Shown here one piece after another: positions 54,567 to 62,942 of a stretch of DNA of 64,000 nt (position 1 is its first letter; each line of letters starts with the position of its first letter). The notes under the pieces were generated by a model. It did no database searches and was not told where the DNA came from. It saw only the letters and a program-made list of their open reading frames with translations. The translations under genes were made by a program, and so were the position numbers. Source of the stretch: an uncultured Candidatus Saccharibacteria bacterium (lineage in GTDB: Bacteria; Patescibacteriota; Minisyncoccia; Phycocordibacterales; UBA9973). The stretch is from contig CAYTSO010000002.1 in the NCBI GenBank assembly GCA_964440545.1, forward strand, positions 8,636-72,635, written 5' to 3'.

Positions 54567-55433
54567 ATGATAACCAAACCGTTGCTGCCGGAAGAGTCGC
54601 TGTCGCTGAAAAACGACGGAAGACTCGAGCTATTTTTCATCGGGACCGGGTCGGCCTTTGCCGAGACTCTTCATCAGACGAATTTTCTAATCGTGAAAGG
54701 CGATGTCCATATTCTGGTGGATTTCGGTATGACTGGCCCTGCGGCTCTGCGCCAGTCGGCTCGGCTCAAAGTGACCGACATCGAAGCATTGCTCCCGACT
54801 CACTCTCATGCCGACCACATTGGCGGCATTGAGGGGATCGCTCTTCTCAACAGGTATGTTGGGATTCCCTTCATGAAGAAGGAAAAGGTGAAGATGATCA
54901 TCACGGAGGATTACCAACGTATCCTTTGGGATCGGTCTCTTCGAGGGGGCCTCGAACATAACGAAGAAGAAGTCACGGAGCACAAGTTGCTTTCCTTCGG
55001 CGACTATTTCAAGATTTTTCGTCCGAGATGGAAGCAGCAGATGCCGAGGGAGATTCACGAGATCGACTTCGGCGGATTGCACATCGAAATGTTTCGCACG
55101 AAACACACCCCGGACTCCGCTCCCAGCTGGCAGGAATCTTTTGTCAGCTACGGACTTTTCATCGACGGACACGTTTTTGTGTCTGTCGATACCAGGTTCG
55201 ATCGGGAGCTTGTCGAGTTGTATGCTTCACGGTCATCAGTCATGTTCCATGACGTGCAGTTTTTCCCGGGCGGGGTGCACGCCTCGCTCGCGGATCTCAA
55301 AACACTTCCGTCCGAAGTCAAACAGAAGATGCTCCTCATGCATTATGGGGACAACTTCAGAGATCAGGACATCTCTGACTTCTCAGGTTGGACTCAGCCG
55401 GCGGTCCGGTATATCATGGACCTCTGGTCTTAG
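54567..55433 (+). CDS. metallo-beta-lactamase-fold hydrolase; GC-rich (~52%) relative to the genome
   Basis: HSHADHIGG is the HxHxDH motif. An SD AGGGAGG precedes the ATG. Confidence 0.7.
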   Translation: MITKPLLPEESLSLKNDGRLELFFIGTGSAFAETLHQTNFLIVKGDVHILVDFGMTGPAALRQSARLKVTDIEALLPTHSHADHIGGIEGIALLNRYVGIPFMKKEKVKMIITEDYQRILWDRSLRGGLEHNEEEVTEHKLLSFGDYFKIFRPRWKQQMPREIHEIDFGGLHIEMFRTKHTPDSAPSWQESFVSYGLFIDGHVFVSVDTRFDRELVELYASRSSVMFHDVQFFPGGVHASLADLKTLPSEVKQKMLLMHYGDNFRDQDISDFSGWTQPAVRYIMDLWS

Positions 55434-55533
55434 GTTCCAATAATCAAGCCCCACAAAGAAAAGTCGTATGGCTTCCTTTGTGGGGCTTTTCTTTTTTCTA
55501 GCAGAAAAATGATGGGGTTGCTATAATAGAATA

Positions 55534-56040
55534 ATGTTTCGCAAACTTTCTTCGGTGTCCTATTTTAGAAATTTCATTTTTGGAGTAGAGGATGGTGTGG
55601 TGTCTACGGTTGGTTTGCTGTCTGGGATAGCAGTAGCTAATATTCCCCGAACAACTATCCTTATTACCGGAGTTGTTTTAATTTTTGTTGAAGCTGTTTC
55701 TATGGCAGCCGGGAGTTTTTTGTCTGAGTCTTCTGTAGAAGAATACAATAATCACCGCGAAAAAATTTCAAAAAGCACTTTTATTTCTGGCGCTATAATG
55801 TTTTTTTCTTATTTCATTGCTGGCTCTGTTGTTTTATCTCCTTATATAATTTTTTCTGTTTCTGGGGCACTAAAAATATCTATTCTTGTTTCGATTTTAT
55901 TGCTTTTTGTTCTTGGGGTTACTGGCGCGAAAATATCAAATATTAATATTTTTAAAAGCGGGTTAAGAATGGTTGTTGTGGGTGGCATAGCCATAATTGT
56001 TGGACTTCTGGCAGGGAGCTGGATTTCTAGCATACAATAA
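55534..56040 (+). CDS. VIT1/CCC1-family (DUF125) membrane protein, short form
   Basis: GVEDGVVSTVGLLSGIA resembles the VIT-family N-terminal motif. 4-5 TM helices. Confidence 0.5.
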   Translation: MFRKLSSVSYFRNFIFGVEDGVVSTVGLLSGIAVANIPRTTILITGVVLIFVEAVSMAAGSFLSESSVEEYNNHREKISKSTFISGAIMFFSYFIAGSVVLSPYIIFSVSGALKISILVSILLLFVLGVTGAKISNINIFKSGLRMVVVGGIAIIVGLLAGSWISSIQ

Positions 56041-56119
56041 ATAACTTTTTCCAAGAAATTTGAGTATCCTTAGGCCTATGCTATAATCAAGATATTACAA
56101 GTCTAATATCTTATTCTGT

Positions 56120-57022
56120 ATGATTACAAAAAAATTTTTATGGTTAGCTGCTTTTGTTTTTCTTGTGATTGGTTTTTTTGCCGGTCAATATTTTGGTGTT
56201 ATCCCGGTATTTGCCAGTGACAATGACCATGATGGCATGATTGACTCAAAAGACACCGATGATGACAATGACAATATTCCTGACGTAGATGATAAGTATC
56301 CATTTGATTACGATAATGATGGGATAGGTGACAAGGATGATACCGAAGACAATAGTGCCGATGAAAAAGAATTGTTGGAGGATGAAGGTGATGAAACAAG
56401 TAAAGAGGAAATTAAAGATGAAGTAAAAAAAGATGATACCGGCGGTCCCGTCTCCTCCATCACTGTTTCCGGAACTGGCAGTGCGGTAAGCTGGAAAGTG
56501 GACGGATACTCAAAAAGTGGATTTAAAATTGTTTGGTCAAAAAACAGCAAACCAACCTACCCAACCAGAGAAGGTGACAAGTATATTTACTTGTCCGATC
56601 CAAGTAGTCGAAGTACAACCCTGGATGCTTTTAGTGGATCAGGCACTTATTATGTAAGGGTTTGTGAATATCTTGGTGGCGCTTGTGGAATCTATTCGAA
56701 CCAGATAGAGGTTGGGCTAACTGGAAATGATACTAAACCAACATCTCCCGTTTCCTCCATCACTGTTTCCGGAACTGGCAGTGCGGTAAGCTGGAAAGTG
56801 GACGGATACTCAAAAAGTGGATTTAAAATTGTTTGGTCAAAAAACAGCAAACCAACCTACCCAACCAGAGAAGGTGACAAGTATATTTACTTGTCCGATC
56901 CAAGTAGTCGAAGTACAACCCTGGATGCTTTTAGTGGATCAGGCACTTATTATGTAAGGGTTTGTGAATATCTTGGTGGCGCTTGTGGAATCTATTCGAA
57001 CCAGATAGAGGTTGGGCTTTAA
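56120..57022 (+). CDS. membrane-anchored surface protein: Asp-rich Ca-binding (thrombospondin-3-like) repeats followed by two identical 91-aa beta-domains
   Basis: DNDHDGMIDSKDTDDDNDNIPDVDDKYPFDYDNDGIGDKDD, then two copies of the domain beginning PVSSITVSGTGSAVSWKVDGY. Confidence 0.6.
   Translation: MITKKFLWLAAFVFLVIGFFAGQYFGVIPVFASDNDHDGMIDSKDTDDDNDNIPDVDDKYPFDYDNDGIGDKDDTEDNSADEKELLEDEGDETSKEEIKDEVKKDDTGGPVSSITVSGTGSAVSWKVDGYSKSGFKIVWSKNSKPTYPTREGDKYIYLSDPSSRSTTLDAFSGSGTYYVRVCEYLGGACGIYSNQIEVGLTGNDTKPTSPVSSITVSGTGSAVSWKVDGYSKSGFKIVWSKNSKPTYPTREGDKYIYLSDPSSRSTTLDAFSGSGTYYVRVCEYLGGACGIYSNQIEVGL
56447..57018 (+). repeat. near-perfect tandem direct repeat, 2 units, period 300 bp, 1 mismatch over ~272 bp
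   Basis: 56447-56718 versus 56747-57018. The only mismatch is at 56452/56752. Confidence 0.85.
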
Positions 57023-57042
57023 AAAGATACCAAAATTAATTT

Positions 57043-57537
57043 ATGGAAAGAAAATACATAATTATCTCAGCAGTAGTTCTGGCGGTAATCGCAATTACGG
57101 TTGCTATTCTTCGGTCGCCGGAAGATGAATGGTTGTGTAAAGATGGTGTCTGGATAAAACATGGCAATCCAGCTGGAGAACAGCCAATTACAGGATGTGG
57201 TAGCACAGATTCAATCAACAATGGTATAGCTTGTACGGAAGAGGCCTTGATTTGTCCCGACGGTTCGGCGGTAGGGCGTACTGGCCCAAATTGTGAGTTT
57301 GCTCCTTGTCCGAAAATAAATAGTATACTCTCCCCGGAGGAAGCAAGAGTAATTGCAGAAGAGTCGTGCATTAAGGGAGGAGAAGCACTAGCAAATGGAA
57401 TTTATAATGAAAGTTCAAAAACCTGGTGGTATGAAGCCAATTTAAATTCTGTGCGGGAAGGGTGTGTTCCTGCTTGCGTGGTAGATGATGAAGCAAAGAC
57501 AGCTGGAATTAATTGGCGTTGCGTGGGTTTGAAATAA
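57043..57537 (+). CDS. membrane-anchored Cys-rich hypothetical secreted protein
   Basis: N-terminal TM segment and ~12 Cys residues. Confidence 0.4.
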   Translation: MERKYIIISAVVLAVIAITVAILRSPEDEWLCKDGVWIKHGNPAGEQPITGCGSTDSINNGIACTEEALICPDGSAVGRTGPNCEFAPCPKINSILSPEEARVIAEESCIKGGEALANGIYNESSKTWWYEANLNSVREGCVPACVVDDEAKTAGINWRCVGLK

Positions 57538-57581
57538 GACAAAAATAATTATTAATTAAAAATTATAAAAATATTTAGAAT

Positions 57582-58115
57582 ATGGATAAATTAAAGTTTG
57601 CGCTACTCTCAATAATTGTCTTAACCATTTTAGGTCTTCTTGGTTATTGGGCTGTTTCTACAATACAAACAGGGACTGAATATCAAGCAGTTCAGGAATT
57701 AAAAGATCTTCGGGCAGAAAATGAAAGTCTTAAAATAGAGGTAGCAAGTCTTGAAGAAGAGGTTCGCACACTTGAATCCCAAATCCCACAGGAAACAACG
57801 GAGGAAGTAGAAGTTCCAACTGAAACAACTAAGCCAACGACTACTTATAAAAACCAGACTCTTATCGATGAATTGCAAAAGCTTGTAGACGGAAATATTT
57901 TAATGAAACTTGGTTCAAGTGGCACAAGGGTTGGAACAGTACAGAAGTTTTTGAACACTTACAACAATACTTCAGATAAAATAGACAATGATTACGGTCC
58001 GGGTACAGAAAAAGCGGTAAAAGATTTCCAAGAAGACCAGGGCTTGACTGCTGATGGCCAGGCGGGGAAAGGAACCTTTAGTAAAATGGTTGACTGGCTC
58101 AAGAAACAAGGATAA
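57582..58115 (+). CDS. membrane-anchored protein with a coiled coil and a C-terminal peptidoglycan-binding domain
   Basis: N-terminal TM segment, a heptad coiled coil, and GSSGTRVGTVQKFLNTYNN...DYGPGTEKAVKDFQEDQGLTADGQAGKGT (PG_binding_1-like). Confidence 0.55.
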   Translation: MDKLKFALLSIIVLTILGLLGYWAVSTIQTGTEYQAVQELKDLRAENESLKIEVASLEEEVRTLESQIPQETTEEVEVPTETTKPTTTYKNQTLIDELQKLVDGNILMKLGSSGTRVGTVQKFLNTYNNTSDKIDNDYGPGTEKAVKDFQEDQGLTADGQAGKGTFSKMVDWLKKQG

Positions 58116-58199
58116 ATTATTATAAGTAATTATTATTAGCCCCTACGTAATGTCGGGGCTCCGATTCAAAAAGCGTCGGAGTTAATTTTATAAAAAATT

Positions 58200-58553
58200 A
58201 TGGAAGAAAATAAAAATGTTGAGGTTGGAGAAAAAGGTAGTTCAGCAAGCAAGGCAGACAATAAAACTATCATGGGAGTGCTTGCATATATTGGCCCCCT
58301 AGTTATCGTCTCTTATCTAATGGCGAAGGACGATCCTTTTGTTAAGTTTCACATCAAGCAAGGGCTGATTTTGGTGGTGATTGAAATATTGATCTGGATT
58401 TTAGGTTCAATGTTTTGGCATTTTTGGGAGGTAATTCAACTCCTGAATCTTGCTGTTATTATTCTCTCAATTATTGGTATCGTGAATGTAGTGCAAAAAC
58501 AACAAAAAGAACTTCCTGTTGTTGGGCAGTTCTCAAAATATTTTACCTTTTAA
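58200..58553 (+). CDS. DUF4870-like small membrane protein
   Basis: MGVLAYIGPLVIVSYLMAKDDPFVKFHIKQGLIL pattern and 2-3 TM helices. Confidence 0.5.
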   Translation: MEENKNVEVGEKGSSASKADNKTIMGVLAYIGPLVIVSYLMAKDDPFVKFHIKQGLILVVIEILIWILGSMFWHFWEVIQLLNLAVIILSIIGIVNVVQKQQKELPVVGQFSKYFTF

Positions 58554-58561
58554 GGTTAGTT

Positions 58562-58590
58562 CTTATGTAAAAAAACCACCATTTGGTGGT
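58562..58590 (+). terminator. rho-independent terminator
   Basis: Hairpin AACCACC-ATTT-GGTGGTT followed by TTTTAATTTT. Confidence 0.6.
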
Positions 58591-58647
58591 TTTTTAATTT
58601 TGGGGTATATTGAAAATGAGTTTGCTATTTGACAAAAGGAGGCGCCA

Positions 58648-58953
58648 ATGCAATATATGCCGAATCCCCACATGGAAAGGGAATTTAATTGCCTCAATTG
58701 CAATCTGCTATATGAACATCACACGATCTGTGAGACATGTATATTCACTAGAAAAATCAACATCTGTGGGCAATTTTACCCCATCTCAAGTAGTGGGAAA
58801 GGAGGCGCGAATGCAGGGACGGAAAGCTTCTCTAGGAACAAGAAAGATTACAAAAAGTGCCGCCTGGTATTTTATAAGGAATGTTTTGTTAGGCAAAAGG
58901 GAGGAGGGAGAAGATGTCGAGATACGGGAGCGAGTGGAATTATCACCACTTAA
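58648..58953 (+). CDS. small Cys-rich protein. It overlaps the next gene and is possibly a frameshifted N-terminal part of an HNH-like protein.
   Basis: SD AAAGGAGGCGCC 3 nt before the ATG. Motifs CLNCN...CETC...C. A second SD+ATG copy (AAAGGAGGCGCG-AATG) at 58799-58813 lies in another frame. Confidence 0.35.
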   Translation: MQYMPNPHMEREFNCLNCNLLYEHHTICETCIFTRKINICGQFYPISSSGKGGANAGTESFSRNKKDYKKCRLVFYKECFVRQKGGGRRCRDTGASGIITT

Positions 58954-59288
58954 CGCCAAGATGTCGTGGGGGGAGGAAGGAGAAATCAAATCTCCTTCGC
59001 CTAAATAGGAGAAGGCACGAGTTTTGGCACTTTATCTTCGGCAACAGAACGTTGCCGGAGGTAATATGTCTCTTGTATCAACTAGTTAAGAAGTCAAGAC
59101 GGTGGTGGAGGCAGCTTTCTCCGCCTAAATCAAAACGTCGCAAGGAAAAAAGAAAGTGGGGGTTTTTTCAGCTGGTGACGAAGATCCATGACTACTGGTC
59201 CTTCGTCTTCGGCGACAGGACCATTGAGGAGGTGCTTAGCATTCTGGTGCGTCTCAGGAGGATAAAGATTAGTCAGGGAGCTCTTTGA
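58914..59288 (+). CDS. HNH-endonuclease-like protein with a tandemly duplicated ~35-aa module
   Basis: SD GGGAGGAGGGAG. YHHLTPRCRGGRKEKSNLLRL matches the HNH core (HH..P...GG...SNL..L). The repeats are HEFWHFIFGNRTLPEV and HDYWSFVFGDRTIEEV. Confidence 0.45.
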   Translation: MSRYGSEWNYHHLTPRCRGGRKEKSNLLRLNRRRHEFWHFIFGNRTLPEVICLLYQLVKKSRRWWRQLSPPKSKRRKEKRKWGFFQLVTKIHDYWSFVFGDRTIEEVLSILVRLRRIKISQGAL

Positions 59289-59330
59289 CACCCACCAAGG
59301 AGTTATAAGGAAGCAAAGAAGGGAGGAAAC

Positions 59331-59546
59331 ATGGAAAGTAAGTGTATAGGGTGTGACAAAAGCCTGGGGGGTGTCCAAAATGGACACACTGCAGGTGGCC
59401 TTTGCGAGGCCTGCTCCCAGAAGTATCTTGGGATGGCGGGGTTGAAGATGGCCCCGGAAGGACATTTTGAGATTAAAGAAAAGAAGACCTCAGGGGCGGC
59501 TGGAAGGTTTTTAAACTTCCTCCGAAACATAGTCGGCGGTCGCTGA
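59331..59546 (+). CDS. small zinc-ribbon protein (71 aa)
   Basis: SD GGGAGG. Motifs CIGCDK...CEAC. Followed by the terminator AGGGTGGC-TCTG-GCCACCCT plus a T-run (59566-59595). Confidence 0.45.
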   Translation: MESKCIGCDKSLGGVQNGHTAGGLCEACSQKYLGMAGLKMAPEGHFEIKEKKTSGAAGRFLNFLRNIVGGR

Positions 59547-59691
59547 CCAAAAAATATCAAATGTAAAGGGTGGCTCTGGCCACCCTTTTTCTTTTTCCCC
59601 TGTTTTACCATAAATTTGTTGACTTTGAAAATTTGTAGGATTATTGTTTGATTAATAAGTTGTTTTTTATTATTAATAATTTTTAAATAAT

Positions 59692-61296
59692 ATGAAAAGA
59701 CTTTTATCTATTGTATTTGTTTTAGTTTTTGTTTTATTTGGTTTAGCAGATAGTGCCAGGGCAAAGGTTCCTCCATTAGTAATTAATGAGATTGATTATG
59801 ACCAACCGAGCACAGACACCGCGGAATTTATTGAGTTGAAAAATGCTGGAGACGGAACAATTAACTTAGACACCTTTGAACTTCGTTTTATTAATGGTTC
59901 AGGGGGAGGAGCAGTGGTCTACAAAACTATTGATTTGCCCGATTTTGATTTAGGGTCTGGAGATCATTACGTTATTTGTGCTAATTCCGCTACGGTTGCT
60001 AACTGCGATTTAGATTCAAATCCTGACACAAATTTTATTCAAAACGGTGACCCAGATGCCATTGCTTTGTTTTCTGGGGAAACAATTATTGATACTGTGA
60101 GCTATGGAGGAGATGTTCCAGGGTATACCGAAGGATCTGGAACGATAACTGATGATGGTGGAGCTGGCCAGGACAACATGGGGATTTCTCGATACCTGGA
60201 CGGACAAGATACGGGTGATAACTCTGCCGATTTTGCTTATATGTGTATTACTCCCGGGGGTGAGAATACTTGTGATGCACCACCGGTTGATGCTGACAAT
60301 GACGGGGTTCCGGATTCAAGCGATAATTGTCCACTTGTGGCCAATGCAGATCAAGCAGATGCAGATGGCGATGGAATAGGGGATGCTTGCGATAATTGTG
60401 TGGATGTTGCCAACCCTGACCAAGCAGACGAAGACCAAAATGGGATAGGTGATGCTTGCGAGGTTCCAGTAGACACGACAGACCCTACAATTGTTTCGGC
60501 CATTAGTACAGACCCAAACACAGTTGAAGTATTATTTGATGAGGAATTGCAAAACAATCCACCAAGCTCAGACTTTTTTGATTTCAAGGCCCGTGTCGGT
60601 CATTATCCTCAAATAGACGATTTTGATGTATACAATAACAAGAGCGGAGAAGAAAGAGGCAGTCTCCTTTCTTATGGGATAGAGAGTGTTAGTTATGAAG
60701 ATAAAAAAGTAACAATTGTTCTTACAAATCCGATATTAAAAGGAGACAATCCCTGGTTGTATGTTTATCCAATAGAAAATAGTCTTGTTGATTTAGCCGG
60801 CAATTATTTTAATGGTGGAAATAGTTATAATATGGCAATTGAAGTTGAAGAAGAGGAAGAAAAATCTGACAGGCCGAGTGCCAGTGGTGGAAGATATCCT
60901 CGTTTTCCGGACCCAACAGAAATTCCTGGGTGTGGCCTAGAGACAACAGGTTTTAGCGCTATCACCGGAGAATCATGCGAAACAAATATTCCCCATGAAG
61001 AAGATCTGCTTGTTTCCCCAAATTCTCAAGAACAAGCTGGCCAGGTTCTGGGAGCAGAAAAATACGTTTTTACAATGTTTTTAAAAAGAGAACAGCCTCC
61101 GTATTCAAAAGGAATTCAGGCAAATGAAGTATTAGAATTGCAAAAATTCTTAAATAAAAATGGTTATGAAAGCGGTCCAGAGGATGGAAAATTTGGGCCG
61201 ATAACCGAAGGAGCGGTAATACGTTTTCAGTTGGCGAATGGTTTAGTGGGGGATGGAATTGTGGGTGAACTTACTCGTGCAGTGCTTAATAAATAA
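59692..61296 (+). CDS. secreted multidomain surface protein: lamin-tail domain (LTD), thrombospondin type-3 Ca-binding repeats and a C-terminal peptidoglycan-binding domain
   Basis: Signal peptide. LTD region [10 protein letters not shown]...FIELKN. TSP3 region [59 protein letters not shown]_binding_1 region [31 protein letters not shown]. Confidence 0.7.
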   Translation: MKRLLSIVFVLVFVLFGLADSARAKVPPLVINEIDYDQPSTDTAEFIELKNAGDGTINLDTFELRFINGSGGGAVVYKTIDLPDFDLGSGDHYVICANSATVANCDLDSNPDTNFIQNGDPDAIALFSGETIIDTVSYGGDVPGYTEGSGTITDDGGAGQDNMGISRYLDGQDTGDNSADFAYMCITPGGENTCDAPPVDADNDGVPDSSDNCPLVANADQADADGDGIGDACDNCVDVANPDQADEDQNGIGDACEVPVDTTDPTIVSAISTDPNTVEVLFDEELQNNPPSSDFFDFKARVGHYPQIDDFDVYNNKSGEERGSLLSYGIESVSYEDKKVTIVLTNPILKGDNPWLYVYPIENSLVDLAGNYFNGGNSYNMAIEVEEEEEKSDRPSASGGRYPRFPDPTEIPGCGLETTGFSAITGESCETNIPHEEDLLVSPNSQEQAGQVLGAEKYVFTMFLKREQPPYSKGIQANEVLELQKFLNKNGYESGPEDGKFGPITEGAVIRFQLANGLVGDGIVGELTRAVLNK

Positions 61297-61330
61297 AAGA
61301 AAAAACGCCCCGACCTAGATCGGGGCGCGA
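61296..61330. terminator. bidirectional rho-independent terminator between convergent genes
   Basis: Hairpin GCCCCGA-CCTAGA-TCGGGGC flanked by A-runs and T-runs. Confidence 0.6.
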
Positions 61331-61347
61331 TATGCGTTGCGTGATGA

Positions 61348-62583
61348 TTATTTACCGGGGATATCCTGTTCGGATACCCCGTTCTTCTCGCTCCACACGA
61401 GATAGTGGATTACCTCTCCCGGCAGGGGTGCCGGGGGGTCGTAGAACTGCGTGCCCGCGGAAGGGACAGTCGCGACCAGATTCCAGGGCCCGTCAGGAGT
61501 CAACGACCGGTAGACCAAGTATCCGTCCACAGGACCAATACCGCTGCCACACGGGACCTCAGCCGTCTGCTCTACCCAACTTCCCCCTCCCGTGTTCATC
61601 ATCAGGAGAGTCACGGGTGGCTTTTCCGTGCACACTGGTGTTAGAGGTGACGGAGAGCACGGTGTGGTCATCGTGTTCCCATAGAGGGGAACATTCTTGA
61701 CTTCTACAACGTGTTCCGTTCCGTTCACTAGACCGGTGATTTGGAGAGGAGATGTCGCATTCGGGACGATCACCCCGTTGTGCCACACTTCTGTGTGGTC
61801 CAAGCGAGGATCGTATTCACCCGGGCTCCAATTGATGTAGACGCTGGAGTTGTCAGCCCATCCCGATACCGACGGCGGATTTACATCCGCGTCCCAGTAT
61901 TCGAAGCGGTAGAGGTGGATTCCCTCTACGGCGACCGAGCTGGAACTTACGAAGTAAATCCGCAAAATCGCGGGTCCGGTTGTTGTGCACTGCCGGAGGT
62001 CCAGCGTAACCCAGGTCGTTGCCATTGACCCGGAGTACGCGGGGATACCGCGTAGTCCGGTCGGAGGTGCATCCAAACTGGTGGATGTGCTCATCGTGTA
62101 GTTGTACCCGGGGCTAAGCACTCCCCCGACCGACGTGACTTCACTCCAGCTGTCTCCTCCATTGAAAGAGACCTGGATGATGAAGCCGTCGTATCGAGGT
62201 TGCAATGCCCACGACATTTGGAAAAATGCCATGGACATCTCGCTCACTTCGAAGCTGTGACCGGAGCTCGAGCCGACCTGCAGAACGTTGTGAGACCTGA
62301 CGGGAGGATTTTGCAAATAGAACTTTCCCGTCCTGTTTTCTGAGTTCCAGACGGTAGTCCAGTCGTAGATGGTGTCCGTGTCGGACGACCATGTCTGGCA
62401 TGCCGTGTTGTTCGGGCTGGAGGAGGAGTTCTCCATCCAGCTGAAGTTGTCCTCGCAATTCGTGCTTGCGTCCGGGACGTCCGGTCTGTCCAGCGCGCAA
62501 AGGCCGACGCAGGCGAGAAGGATTGCCAAAACCACGACCAAATTATTCTTTTTCATCGGTTCCTCCGTTTTTTTATAGGACAT
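61348..62583 (-). CDS. GC-rich (~58%) secreted protein / putative lipoprotein with fibronectin-III-like and Ig-like beta domains
   Basis: Signal peptide with a lipobox-like LLAC. Composition differs sharply from the ~35% GC background. A promoter-like TTGACA...TAGATAAT lies in the upstream intergenic region. Confidence 0.6.
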   Translation of the reverse strand: MSYKKTEEPMKKNNLVVVLAILLACVGLCALDRPDVPDASTNCEDNFSWMENSSSSPNNTACQTWSSDTDTIYDWTTVWNSENRTGKFYLQNPPVRSHNVLQVGSSSGHSFEVSEMSMAFFQMSWALQPRYDGFIIQVSFNGGDSWSEVTSVGGVLSPGYNYTMSTSTSLDAPPTGLRGIPAYSGSMATTWVTLDLRQCTTTGPAILRIYFVSSSSVAVEGIHLYRFEYWDADVNPPSVSGWADNSSVYINWSPGEYDPRLDHTEVWHNGVIVPNATSPLQITGLVNGTEHVVEVKNVPLYGNTMTTPCSPSPLTPVCTEKPPVTLLMMNTGGGSWVEQTAEVPCGSGIGPVDGYLVYRSLTPDGPWNLVATVPSAGTQFYDPPAPLPGEVIHYLVWSEKNGVSEQDIPGK

Positions 62584-62942
62584 CTCTAATGGACACGCAC
62601 TGTGCGGTCTATAGGATGTCCTTTATTTTGAAGAACTATATTTTCAACGAAGCCTTAACGGACTTCGTGGCATTATTGTATTACAAAGCACAACAAATGT
62701 CAATACTAAAAAAATACAAATAATTTATTTATAAACATAAGGGCTTGACATTTTTTTGACAATAGTAGATAATGCAAGCTAGATAAGTTCTAAAGACAAA
62801 GCCATAAAAAACTAACAAATAGTGGCATAAAGTGTCTTTATTCTTTTGTTTATAAGTTTATTATTAAAGGTCAAAATTAATTATTAGTTAATACAATCCC
62901 GGCAGTAGAGCAGAGCTCACTACGGGACAAGAAAAAAATATA

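Noticed and set aside
56120-57022. Tandem repeat at 56447-57018 as a CRISPR-like or satellite array
   Set aside because: Only two units, a 300-bp period, and fully coding in-frame for duplicated protein domains.
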